Source: Camelus dromedarius
Taxonomy: Eukaryota
Assembly: GCF_036321535.1 (NCBI RefSeq)
Contig: NC_087436.1
Span: 78,494,001-78,558,000, forward strand
DNA length: 64,000 nucleotides
Reading direction: 5' to 3'
Shown here: in pieces, positions 1 through 12,207 of the stretch
Numbering within the stretch: position 1 is the stretch's first letter
How the letters are laid out: each line of letters begins with the position of its first letter
Program-made: the position numbers and the translations under genes
The notes under the pieces: generated by a model
Told to the model about the DNA's origin: nothing
What the model saw: the letters and a program-made list of their open reading frames with translations, nothing else
Databases searched by the model: none

Positions 1-195
1 TAAACAAGATTATACTGTATAGCACAGGGAAATATATACAAGATCTTGTGGTAGCTCACGGTGAAAAAGAATGTGAAAATGAATATATGTATATTCATGT
101 ATGACTGAAAAACTGTGCTCTACACCGGAAATTGATGCAACATTGTAAACTGACTATACCTCAATAAAAGAAAATTTTAAAAAAGAAAAAAAAAA
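1..195 (+). mobile_element. LINE-1 3' end (camelid-type), cut by window edge
   Basis: ctgtatagcacaggg...acattgtaaactgactatacctcaataaaa followed by an A-tail; homologous to copies at 8592 and 41713. Confidence 0.9.
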
Positions 196-261
196 CTAGA
201 TCTGTTCATATTTCCTTCTCTGGATAACAACCTCATTTCTTCTCCAGCCAGAAGTTAGCAA

Positions 262-485
262 AATAAATCTCAAACCTTTCAACTTATTTCCATCTCCTTT
301 TGCCACCACCCTAGTCCCAACTACCAACATCTCCTTCCTAGACAATCCTATCTGCAAAATTTTTTCCCTACTACCCCTCCTCCTCCGCAGCCCAACAAAA
401 CCCCAATCCATTCTCCAAACAGTACTCACAATGATCCTTCTAAACTGCAAGTATGATCATGCCACTTCTCTGCTTAAAATCTTTG
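262..485 (+). mobile_element. L2 LINE fragment
   Basis: gccaccaccctagtcc...atccattctcc...gatcatgccacttctctgcttaaaa resembles the L2 3' region. Confidence 0.7.
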
Positions 486-2036
486 TGTGGCAGAAGTGTG
501 CCGTGTCTGTGGGGCTGTGGTGGAAAAAGATGTTGAACAGGTAGGATGTTGGTCATATTAATGCTGATGTTAAAAAATAAAAATAACAAATAAATAAAGT
601 TTAAAAGTGATGCTAAGGAGAATTCTTTCCTCACATACACAATTCCTGGGCCTCTCTGTGCAGATCTAAGGAATGGGTGACAGGGAGCTATAAGAGCACC
701 TTATTGATTTTTATAGGAAACGGTAAAATTTACTCTAGAATAAAAGAAAATATACCAGAAGATAAGAGAGTAGGAACAAAAGGAAAAGGCCAACAAGGGC
801 TATTTTTGAAGTTCTGAAATTTTTGGAGAAAACAAGAGAGCTTAGAGACACCTACCACACCATGAACTGAGACTTTGAAAAAAATAAATGGGTAAAAGAC
901 ATTTTTAAAGTTTTGCAGTGTTTTATGAATGCCATCTCCACTTCACATTGTCCAAGAGATTAACTTTTTTTATTGCTTTGCAATTATTTTTAACCTGTTA
1001 GACTAGACATTATTCTCTGCCTAGAATAATGAACAGAGACAGGCTTTGAGGTAAGAACAAAAAGGTCCAGCATCACTGGGGTTATAGATATAAGTTAAGA
1101 GTCAGATTTTCTGCCTCCAAGATCTGCCTAGTGCTTAGAATGGTATTAAGTACAGCATTGCTTTAAAGTGTTGTATCTAAAGTACCATGACTGCCAAATG
1201 CTCTACCCCTTACCCCACCCCAACTCCCAATCCCAGTCCCAACTACCCACCCCAACTCCCAACCAAATATGAAAACCACTGCTCTTGATTCAGTTCTATT
1301 GAAACAAAAGTTGAAAACTTACCCATGATTGCAGGCTCACAGTATTATACACCATGTGCACACAGATCCCTCACTGTAAACACTTCTCTGTATTACATAA
1401 TAGCTCCACAATAGGTATCTTACCCTTGGAAGGCAATCCATCTATTCTTGGTGGGCTTAGTTAGAGATCATTTAGGATGCCAGCTTTATTACCACACCAG
1501 ACCAAGCCCTTCCATTGTCAAATTACCTCTATCACAATAGCTTCCACTTTTAGCTAATAAGGACTCACAGGCTTTCCCAAAACTGACTATGTGCCTAGAC
1601 CAAAATCACTGTAAAAACAAAAGTTGTATGGGAAACTAGAGAATGCAGGAGTGAGTCTGTGAATGTGAATACATCTCCCAAAGAAATGTCTTCTCATTAG
1701 ACATCATGTTGGAGATGATGCACTACCAGAGAGAAGACCTGTTTTCCACAAGCTAGAGGTGACTGTGGCAGGCACTTCTGGACTCAAGGGTGGGATCTGG
1801 ATCAGATTAGAGCCAGAGGATCCATTCAAGCAGGGACAGCCTTTGAAGGAGTGCTCTAGGCTTACAAACCAGAGCATGACCACAAAAGGTCCTGAAAGTT
1901 AAAAGTAGGTACAGACCAGAGGAGAGCATCTCTGTAACCCTCCCATTGGATCAGATTGGCCAAGGGATCCCTGAAATAGATCCTGAGGGTGGTCCTCTGG
2001 ATTAGGGACTCTTCTGGTTTGAAGTGGACCTCCTTT

Positions 2037-2520
2037 CTGTATCAGTAGGCATAATCTTGGCTGCAAGAAACAGCCCACTTAAATTTGCATGAGCAATTAA
2101 GGAAATACATTAACTCACAGTTCTAAAAGCAGTGATCAGATACGATTTGATCAGGGTTCTGGCCCATTTCTCTTCAATTCTCTTTCTCTTCTTTCCATGC
2201 ATCTGCTTCAAGTTGGCTGCAGTAGTTTCAGGACTAACATTATAAACATGCCTACAGGAAAAGAAGGCATCCTGGTGCCTGGTGGCTCTCAAAGCCAAAG
2301 AAAATACTTTACCCAAGGTCCCCAGGAAGCGTCGGTTATTGTGACAAATGTCTATTCCAGAATTAATCACTGTGGCATTGGAAAACTCTTCTTAAGCCAA
2401 TCAGAAACCCCTTGGAACTGGGGATGGGCTCAGCTTCCTCTGGGGTCCCTAAACTGTACTGGCAAATGCTGGATTCCTGAATTAAAGGCAGGTCTTTTGG
2501 GAAAGGGAAGAACATACTAA
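2037..2520 (-). mobile_element. Old MaLR LTR (MLT1K/L-like)
   Basis: ggctgcaagaaacagccc...aatcactgtggc...agccaatcag pattern typical of reverse-oriented MLT1 LTRs. Confidence 0.55.
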
Positions 2521-4309
2521 GAAAAAACTAGCAATATATCTTCTGCATTTCATGTGGCAGCTTCGTCCTCTCCAGCCTTTCCTTTTCTCCACCCACATTC
2601 CTGGGGTCCAAGAAGCGTAACAATAGCCAGAGCAACAGTCCAGAGGAGTTTTGGATTCTGGTGTGAGTTTTAGCCAAGGTTTGTCCTATGTAGTTTATAC
2701 AGAATTGAAAATCACTGACCCGTCTCATTTCCTCCAGTGATGTGCCCAGTTGTCAGTTCTATATTCTGACAGAGGCTTTTAAAAGCTTTATGCTCAATTC
2801 TTTGGAATTGAGAATACTGAGTGATACCAATAGTGAAGTCATATCTTTACAACACCTATCTTCATTTTTCACTGTCATTAAGCTGGAAAATTCAGCTATT
2901 CAGTATGATGATCATTTCCAACCTTTGATAAGATTTTTCCATTTTCTCTCTTTTTTAATGCTTTTAAATTGTAATAAAGCTTTAAAGACTGAGCTACCAA
3001 TAGTTTCATTTGTCTATCTTTCAACTCTAATGAATACAGATGGGCACAGAGGAAAAGGAATCCAGGATTTGGTCTAATCCTATAATCTTTCTCATTTGCT
3101 TGTGAAAGGTTGAATAATTCCAGATGAATACCTTGTAATGCCAGTGTTTTCTCATACCAATGATTTATTTTCTCATAGACACTAAAGAAATATTCAATAT
3201 AATGTGCATATATAAACTACAAAATGATAATAACCCACATATGAGAAGTCATAAGTAACCAGGGTAATCAGAAGTAATGTGTAAGTCTGCATGCATACAC
3301 ACACATCACTAAATACAGAAACACTTCCTAGAAAAGAGACCACAGATATTACCAAATGAAGAAGAAGAAAAAAAAACTCAGTGCATTTTCTGCTCCATAA
3401 AATAAGAAATCATCTTGTTTTCTTTCTAACCATATTTGTCCAAATACTATAGTTGATATATCCATATTGTGATAAGCTGTGACATTAAAATTCTTCCATT
3501 GGCGTCCACTTTGAAAATTTCATTTCATTTCCCAGCCATTTACCCAGTTATTTGTCACTCTAGTTATATGAAAAGAAAAAAATTAACTTCTGGCTTGCTC
3601 ATGTATCTCTGGAGAATTGATGCTTTCTACATAAATTTTACCGTTTCCCCAGTCAAAAAAAAAAAAAAACAACCCAAGTGTTCTTTCTATTCATCGAAGC
3701 AAGAAGAATATTAATCAGCTCAATTTCCCTTGGTTTGGTGGTACATGTGGCACAAAGAGTAAGGAGGATAATACAACAGACAAGTGATGATGACAGAGTA
3801 AAATGATACAGATGACAGTAAGTAATGATCTTATGATCCACAGCAAGCTCTGTCTATCAGATGAGAGAAATTACATGAAACAACAAACCTTTCTAATGAA
3901 TGAGCAAAAACCAGCTCTCGAAGGAAATTTTCTGAGTGAGGAGTTGTAGATGTGTGGGAAGGCTGTTTGTTTATTCCCCCTTCAGTTTCATCTGTCTCTT
4001 GCTGAAAGACCTCTTACTCCAATTCCACCTTGCGTTCAACCCTCCCACTTTCAGAGGAATGATCTTTCCTCTTTAATATTCTGATTCAAATGTGTATAAA
4101 ACCAAAACCTATTTCATTTGTCGCCATATCAGAGAAGCTGGAGTTACTTTCCAAATGAGATAAAAAAAAATCCAAAGCACTTAAGATTTAAACTTACAAA
4201 GCATAGTTTCTAGATCCCAGCTCACTCAGTTCATAAACCCTGTTTCTTTCAACATCCTATGTTTGGGATGAATTTGAAAGGGAACTGGGGACATTAAAAA
4301 GGTGATACA

Positions 4310-5790
4310 TAGTTCAGTCATGAAAATGTATGCCCAATTCCATAGATCCATTTATATGCCTCTTCTCCAGAAATTCTTGTGTCTTATCTTTCAGTATGTC
4401 TTCTTCTAGACCCCTGACCAACCATCCAAGCTACCCATCATTGTCCATGAATCTGTAGGCTTGCCTCAGGTCACTTTTTTTTCCCCAAATTAAATGATCA
4501 GAGGCACTGACCAAAGCTCTGCCAATCAGCATGATTTCCTCTCACAACTACCTTTCTGGGCTCCTCCAAATGGGGCTATGGTGTCACTGCAGTCCATTTT
4601 GGGCTTATACCCACATAGTCAACTGACCCACCCATGAACCAAATTTAGCCTCTTTCCCTCTTCATCAGCTGGTCATAATGAACCCTTCATGAGGTATAAA
4701 CTGGTTTGATCAGGACCACAGTAATCCATTATAAGATGGAAGTGGTACATTTGGCCAGGCATGAACAGGTCCAGAGGGCACAAGTAAACTACATAAGCAG
4801 GTGGCCCAAACATCCATATCATTCACCACTGTTGCACTGGTACCTCCCACTCAGTTCATCTCTCATAGTTACATAATGCTCCTCAGTCAGAAGCTCCATC
4901 TGTGTCATGTGAGCATGCAGCCTGAGTCACCCATCCTGACCTGGGTTCTGTCAGATCCACCAAGTCATGAGTTGGGTAGACTCATCAGTAATCCAACAAG
5001 TGTCAGGGCTAAACATAGGGGAATTAATGTATCCTTGGGTCAAGACCACCCTGTTGTCTAACCCATGCGCATGCAAACTACTTCTGATTCTCCCTGAGAA
5101 GAATTAGAAAGAATATTTGCCAGATCAGTGGCCATTATGTATCTGAAGCTTTTTTCACCTGCTCTAGAAAAGGTTCCATTATCTGGAACAGCAGCTTCAA
5201 CTGGAGATATTACCTGGTTAATTTGTGGTAGTTTGCCTATTGCCATCCACGAATTCCATCTGGTTTCTGTAGGGGCCAAACTGGTGAATCAAATAGAAAT
5301 ACGGTGGATGCTATCGCCTCTTCATCTTTTAGGTCTTAAAGCATGGCATTAATTTCTTCCCTAATGCCCAAGATGTGAGATTGCTTTTGACTTACTAACT
5401 TGTCCAGGGGTAACGGGACAGTCTTAGAACAGTCCACTAGGCCTTCCTCACCATTATAGCTCTTCTTATACTGGCAAAGGGCCTCCTATGGTAGTTCTGC
5501 AAAATTCAGTGGAACCCATACTGTCTCTGGCAGAAGTGTTCTTAACCCTGAATCAGAACTTAGAATCATATCCCAACTGTGGCAGAGCCTAAGGCTGTGA
5601 GGATAAGATGCACAAATCCCAAAAGCCAGTCACTGGGACTGATGACAAAAGAGACCAGTTCAGCTTCTGGGGTGATTGTACTATATCAGATGTTGATTTC
5701 ATGTATATACCACACCCTGGAGGACAGCATCCAAACTTCACAAGATCTTGTCCCTAAGCTAGCTCCTTAGCTGGCAGCTCCCTCCATGTG
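4310..5790 (-). mobile_element. ERV-L internal remnant: rearranged, degraded pol (RT, RNase H, integrase C-terminus)
   Basis: Minus-strand translations DSPVWPLQKPDG, NQVISPVEAAVPD, TDLAN, LTQGYINSP (RT) and YDQL..WF.GGS, AELWSV, TDSW...GWSG (RNase H); plus-strand QPESPILTWVLSDP and SIIRWKWY..GPEGTSKLH; all resemble ERV-L Pol, with many stops and frameshifts. Confidence 0.9.
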
Positions 5791-5809
5791 AGATGACATC
5801 TAACAAGAT

Positions 5810-7100
5810 ATCACAATGAGATTAAAATCACATTGAGATACCATAACACATATAGTAGAATGTCAAAAACTTAAGAAGACTGCCCATACCAAGTTGTGAT
5901 ATTATGATCTATAATAAGAAATATATATTTGGTCTTCATTCCAGGGATTCTAGCAAGAGCTTCTAAAACCCCTGGAATTTCCTAAGTGATGAGAGTGATA
6001 AAGGTGTCTTTTGCTACATTAATGAGGTAACTTTGAGACCAAACCTAAGGATGGGGGTTGGTTGCCAGGAGAACCAATTATGTGATTAGAGGGTTGAAAC
6101 TTTCTATCCCACCCCCTTGACCTGAGGTGTGGGGGAGGAGTTAATCAATCGCCAATGGCCAATGATCTAATCAATCATGCCTATGTACTGAAGCCATCAT
6201 AAAAACCAAGAAGGATGGATTCGAAGAGCCTCCAGGTTGATGAACATGTGAACATGCAGTGAAAGCGGTATGCCTAGGGAGGCATGGAAGCTCCATGCCC
6301 CTTCCCACATACCTTACCCTGTGCACCTCTTCTGTCTGGCTGTTCCTGAGTTACAGCTTTTCATAATAAACCAGTAATAGATTACCTGAGTAAGTGAAAT
6401 GTTTCTCTGACTTCTGGGAGCCAAGCTTACAAATTAATAGAACCCAAGGAGGGAGTTGTTGGAACCTCCAATCTATAGCTGGTAGGTCAGAAGCACAGCG
6501 GACAACGTGGGCTTTCCAGTGGCATCTGAACTGGGGCAGGGGTGGGGGCAGTGCAGTCTAGTAAGACTGAGCTCTTAACCTGTGGAATCTATGCTATCTC
6601 TAGGAAGATGGTATCAGAATTAAGTTGAATTGTAAGATATCCAGCTGGAGTCTGGGAATTGCTTGGTGGTGTGGGAGAAATGCCTCATCCCACGTTGAAA
6701 TTGGATTTAAGAACCCAAAAGAAGTTTTGGAGAAAATGTCAAGCAACTGGAACTCTCATTTACTGCTACTGGGAATGTAAAATGGTACAACCATTTTGGA
6801 AAATAGTTTGTCACTTTATTAAGCATATACCTAAGATATAACCCAGCCATTCTACTCCAAGGTATTTCCTAGAAAGAAAGGAAAGAATTTGTTCACACAA
6901 AATCTCATACACAAATGTCTGCAGTAGAAAGGGAGATGTCAAAGAGGGGTTCTGGAGGTGCTGGTGATGTTTTGTTTTTTGACCTGGGTCGGGGACATAT
7001 GGGTGCGTTTGCTTCATGATAATTCTTTGGGCTATATACTTAGAATTTGTTCACTTTTTTGTATGTTTGTTATTTAAAATAATGTAATTTTTTTTCAAGC
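5810..7100 (+). mobile_element. Ancient L1 (L1MC/ME-like) 3' part, interrupted by an LTR
   Basis: gagataccat..cataccaagt [LTR] ..caactggaactctc..gggaatgtaaaatggtacaaccattttggaaaa; the L1 resumes colinearly after the LTR. Confidence 0.75.
5895..6721 (+). mobile_element. Solo LTR, MER21B/C-like
   Basis: Starts tgtgatattatgatctataataagaaatatatatttggtc; CCAAT boxes, TATA-like cataaaaa (~6198), AATAAA (~6365); flanked by aagt (5891-5894 and 6722-6725). Confidence 0.85.
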
Positions 7101-7809
7101 CTATAAAAGAAAACATCCCTAAAATACCTCTAAATCAAAATATTTATTGCTCCTTTCAGTATATAATACAAAAGCATCACTACCATGGAACTAGTGGTGA
7201 CATTTAAATTGAGGGCTGGCAATTGGGGAGAGAATAATTTATATGAAGAAAGCAGTAAAAAAAAAAATTAGTTTTATGTCCTTGCCTGAAAATATGAGGA
7301 ATAAAACCTTGTTTTTCTCGGTTGAATGGCAAAGTGCATCAGTTTCATTATTGTGAGGTATTTCCAATAGGAGCAGCAAAACAAACAAGGTTTGCAAGAA
7401 CAACAAAATATGTGTGTGTATCCAAATCTGAAGGTGACCTAAAATATTAATTTAAAGGAAGTGACAAAAATAGCAGGGACAATAAATATTTTGCACGTAG
7501 TTTTATAAGTTAGTTGCAGAAGAACTACTTCTTAGTAGAAATTTAAAACAAGTGATATGGAAGGGGAAAAGTCTTATTTATTGATATTTATTTATACCCT
7601 CCAATGTTAAAAAGGATTCAGAATGACTCGCGGGGGAAAATAAATGTACATTAGAAACAATTCATAAAATAAGAATGAGAAAAGGAAAGCAGTGGTTTTT
7701 TTCTTTAAATAGAAATAAATATGTCAACCGTAAGACAGCCAAAAATATGTTTCAAATTCAGATTTTTTTCCCCTGAGCCCCAGGCTTATATAACCCTATT
7801 TGCTGTTGG

Positions 7810-7990
7810 ACTTGAATTACGATATATTTGTACTTGAATTTAAAGTGCTTCAGCATAGACAGTGCTATACATATATCTGCATTAGTAAATTTAAGCTGCA
7901 CCTTAGGTGTTATCAGTCGACCTAGTCAGGAATCTGAATCCTTGGCATGGTCAGCTAGCGCTCTAGTCAAGAAGCCCAAGTCCAGCAGCA
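7810..7990 (-). mobile_element. Possible ancient tRNA-headed SINE (MamSINE1-like)
   Basis: Reverse complement tagagcgctagc..attcagattcctgactaggtc..gtgcagctta..gcagatatatgtatagcactg..aagcacttt loosely follows the remembered consensus. Confidence 0.35.
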
Positions 7991-8591
7991 AATTTCATGT
8001 GTGCTTCTCCTTATCCTTCATCAGCACCAGAGGCTTACTAATTGGGATAATAAGCGTTTTAAAAAAAAGTTTTCATTGGTAAATAAAATAGCCCAGAGGA
8101 TATTAGAAATGAGCTCTCGATGAAGAAATTAGTGGTATTTCATTGATATCTATTGAATAAAATACTTTTGAGACACTCTCTTCCCTCCTAAGAACGAGAA
8201 GATAGCAGAGCTCATAGTCTGAATCTTTACAGACAAGTCTTGAGATTTTATACTGAAATAGTCCTCTGTGCAACCCACTGGGACTGAGGACTCCATTTGC
8301 CCCATGCACCTGCTGCAGGTGAATCTTTTATGATGTCATCGTGACAACTAACAGGACAGAGTCCTAAGACTCTGTTAACCTTAAAAACAAGTTTATGTGA
8401 CTTATTTTGTGCCTGCTTGATGATCGATTCTTAACTTAAACACAAAAGTCTGTGTGTATGGCAGAAATTGACCTAGGACTTGCCATCAACGTAACCTGAC
8501 ACCAGCCTATCGAAGAACAGCTGATGCTTGGCCACCTCTGATTTTTGAGTCCTTACTATAGTCAACCTACAAGAACTTAAGAGTTAACGCA

Positions 8592-8876
8592 TATGGTTAC
8601 CAGCAGGGTAAGGGGGTAGGAAGGGACAAATTGGGAGTTCAAGATTTGCAGATACTAACTAATATATATAAAATATATAAACAACAAGTTTATGCTGTAT
8701 AGCACAGGGAACTATATTCAATACCTTGTAGTAAGTTACAGTGAAAAAGAATATGAAAACAAATATATGTATAGTCATGTATGGCTGAAGCATTATGCTG
8801 TACACTAGAAATTGACACAACATTATAAACTAACTATACATTAACAAAATATATATATTATATATACAAGAAAAAG
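8592..8876 (+). mobile_element. 5'-truncated LINE-1 (camelid-type)
   Basis: L1 3'UTR; TSD aagagttaacgca (8579-8591) / aagagttaatgca (8877-8889). Confidence 0.92.
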
Positions 8877-8929
8877 AAGAGTTAATGCAAAAACAAATTG
8901 GCTTAGGTCACTACACAGCTTATAACCAA

Positions 8930-9995
8930 CGTCCTCTCAAATGCAGAAAGCCAAAACTAAACTCAAGCTACCCCACATTCAGCATACAATTCCTTCTGTG
9001 TTCTTTTTTCCTAAATTAATAGGACTACCATTTAACCTGTCATCCAAGCCAAAACATGGTGTCATCCTAATTTCATCTCTGCCTCACCCAATACAATTTC
9101 CTCTATGCCAATACTGCACTCAGTTGGGTTTTTTTTTAATGCATTAAGTAACTGAACCTTTACCACAGGATATGATGAAGAAATTAAAGCACCAAGATTA
9201 AGAAGTACCATGAGGTCGCACGACTACTAAGAGGGAGAACCAAGATTCGAACCAAGATTCAAACCAATGCAACCTGCTCTAGAACCTTCACTCACCCAAA
9301 ACTTATCAATTTTACCTTCTTAAATACATTAACCTATATCCTCATCTCCAAGCCCACAACCACACCTTATTTCTGGCATCGTTTCTTGCCTAAATGATTG
9401 TGAGAACCTCTGGTCTTAGATCTCTGATTCATTTGCACTCTATGTATAAAATGCAAATTGTATCATGGTATCCACCTACTTTAACCCTTCAAAGGTTTTG
9501 CCATTGCCACAGTATGATGGCTGAACTCCTTGGCAAAGTTCATAGGGCCCTTGTGACCTGGTTGGCCCAACCCTCCCGTCTCAGATCTGCCCCTCCCCGC
9601 ATAGCACTCCAGGCCTGAGCTGTCGCAACCTTCTAAAGGCCCAAGAACTCTCTCCTAGCCCTTGATACTTCTAGTCCTTGATACCAGTGCTCTTGCTATT
9701 CCCTCTGCTTAGATTGCCTTCCCCTCCTCATCCACTTGAAGAAAGTTTTTCCATCCTTCAAGATGCAAACCCTTTATGATAGCTTACCTATACCTCCAGA
9801 GACTTAGTCAGACTTTCCACTGCATTCCAACAGAACCCCTACACTTGGTTTTATTACAAGCATGTGTACTCACAAGTCTGTTTCTTCCATTAGCATTCCT
9901 GAAGGGCAGGCGTCACAGCTTACTCATCTTTGCAAGTCTGGTACCTGCACTCTAGTAACCATGCAAATAAGCATGTATTCAGTAAAATAAATAGG
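8930..9995 (+). mobile_element. Degraded L2 with a nested MIR-like fragment (~9150-9290)
   Basis: ccaagccaaaac..gtcatcct; gctattccctctgcttag; atccttcaag; cctgaagggcagg. Confidence 0.6.
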
Positions 9996-10057
9996 TGATT
10001 GACAGAGCTACCATAGTCCTGTGAAAGATTTGGTTCTGGGCTTCCAGGTAGCCATGG

Positions 10058-10212
10058 CAAAAGAAAGGGGGTAGGGAAAGGAAGGAGAAGAAGGAGGAGG
10101 GGGTGACAGAGCAGGAGGAGGATGAGGAGGAGTAGGAAGAGGAAGACGAGAAAGAAGAAGATGAGCAGGAGGGAAATGGAAGGGAGGGAGGGAGGGAAGA
10201 AAGGAGAGGAAA
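10058..10212 (+). repeat. GA-rich polypurine low-complexity tract
   Basis: About 150 bp of almost pure A/G, including (GGGA)3GGG at 10182-10196. Confidence 0.9.
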
Positions 10213-10759
10213 TCCACTGTATTATATTACTTCCAATTAAAGGTTGCTATAAGAAGACAAACATATAAATTCTGCATTGGCTACACTGCTTTTGAACTGC
10301 AGTGAAAGTAAAAGAGTGAGTGTATCAGAAAGATTGAAATTGTCATCAGAATTGTGTTGTTAGCATCTGAGATTTCATAGAAGAGTTTGGGTGGTGACGG
10401 TGAGTCCAGGACTGAGAATGGCTGTAGTGCTGTTGAAATTCCTTGCAAAAACAAATATAGCCCCTACCCTCATTGAGTTTTCTTGCTAACTACTGGAGGG
10501 AGAAGGTATCAGTAAAAGTCTAATCAGGAAAATAAAAACTACATCTGCCCAACCTCTGCATCATTCCCTTCCCAGGTGATGATCTCAAAAAGAGTCCCTA
10601 ACTAACATGCCAATCTCCATCTCAGAGGCTGCTCCCAGGGAGCTCAACCTCTGACATCAGCACGTAATTCATTTTCAGAACAGAATGAGGCCCAAGGGAT
10701 CTCCCTGAGGCCCAATGTGTTCCCTGCCTTTGGACTTTACTCGGGGTTCCAGATGTAAG

Positions 10760-10950
10760 CCCATAACAGCCAACATTTACAGAGTATCTACATGTGTCAA
10801 ACAATTTACATATGCTAACTCATTTAATCTTTACAATTTCATCTTATAGATGAGGAAACTGAGGCTCAGAAAGATTAAGAAACTTGATTAGGATCATACA
10901 GCTGGTATGTCGTGGTGCCAAGTTACAGACCTAGACAGTCTGATTAGGCA
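10760..10950 (-). mobile_element. MIR SINE
   Basis: Core atagatgaggaaactgaggctcagaaagattaag. Confidence 0.9.
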
Positions 10951-11305
10951 GCTCTTTCCCTAATCTCTTCACTAGACTTCCTCTCATGCCCATGGGTCTA
11001 GTGAGTGGTTGTCTTCCAGTGTCGGTGACTGTCCATCCCCAGGGAGATATACCCACATTCTCTTGGTGGAACCAGATTTTTGGAAGAAAATTATACATGC
11101 TCTCTATGAATAGATTTCTCTTTCCTATTGTGTTCTACTTATACAAATACCAATATTGCCTTGCACTAATTAGAGACAGTCTAGAAGGGATGAAATAGAC
11201 GGACCTAGAACTGTATCTGTTGGAATAGCTCGTAGAAGGTGTAGGACCTAAGTAGACGATTGAGAGGAAAATATGTAGATACAATAAAAGTTATTCTTAA
11301 CCTTT

Positions 11306-12207
11306 TTTAACTTGATTTTTAATTTTTTTCAGTTTTATCAAATTATAATTGACACATAGGAACTATATATATTTAAGGTGTACAACTTGCTGTTTTGATA
11401 TCAAAGCATTGCAGACATTGTGAAATGGTCACCATAATCAAGCTATCACATAGCCATCACCTCACTTAGTCATTGTTTTTCTCTCTTCCTTTCTCCCTTT
11501 TTTTCAATAGCAAGAACACATAGGATCTACTCTCTCGGCAAACTTCAGGTATACAACACAGTATTGTTAACTGCAGTTACCATGCTGTTCCAATGAGACA
11601 ACTCTCATGTGTTAGGAAAGCTATTATCCAAAAGACAAGAGATAACAAGGGTCAGTTAGGGTGTGGAGAAAAGGGAACCTTCGTACACTGCTGATGGGAA
11701 TATAAATTGGTGCAGCCACTATGCAAAACAGTATGGAGGTGCCTCAAAAAATTAAAAATTAAATTGCCATATGCAATCCCACTTCTGGATATACATCTGA
11801 AAGAAATAAAATCACTATCTCAACAAGATATCTGCACTCCCATGTTAATTGAAGCATTATTCACAATAACCAAGATATGGAAACAATCTGAATATCTGTC
11901 AATGGATGAACAGATAAAGAAAATATGGTACATATAAGTGTGAAATGTTATTTGGCCCTTAGAAAGAAGAAAATCCTGCCATTTGCAACAAGAATGCACC
12001 TGGAAGATATTGCGCTAAGTGAAAAAAGGCGGACACAGAAAGACAAATATTGCATGGATCTCATTTATATGTGGAATCTAAAATACTCAAACTCACAGAA
12101 GCAAAGAGTAGAAAGTGCTAGGGTGAGGGAGAGAGGGAATGGGAGATGTTGGTCAAAGGGTACAATTTTTCAATTATGCAAGATGAATGAGTTTTGGAGA
12201 CCCACTG
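11306..12207 (-). mobile_element. L1MA-type LINE-1 with 5' inversion
   Basis: 3' end on minus (11306-11590) and ORF2 C-terminus/3'UTR on plus (11592-12207; ORF text [29 protein letters not shown]); TSD tattcttaaccttt / tattcctaactttt. Confidence 0.88.

Noticed and set aside
2576..2662. Plus-strand 87-nt exon candidate (ctctccag / gtgagt)
   Set aside because: No recognisable peptide, opposite to the inferred host strand, and expected by chance.
2905..2992. C/D-box snoRNA (ATGATGA...CTGA)
   Set aside because: Weak terminal stem, AT-rich interior and no recognisable rRNA guide.
5058..5279. A functional reverse transcriptase or domesticated retroviral gene
   Set aside because: Many stops and frameshifts, the RT stops before the catalytic YxDD motif, and the domains are rearranged.
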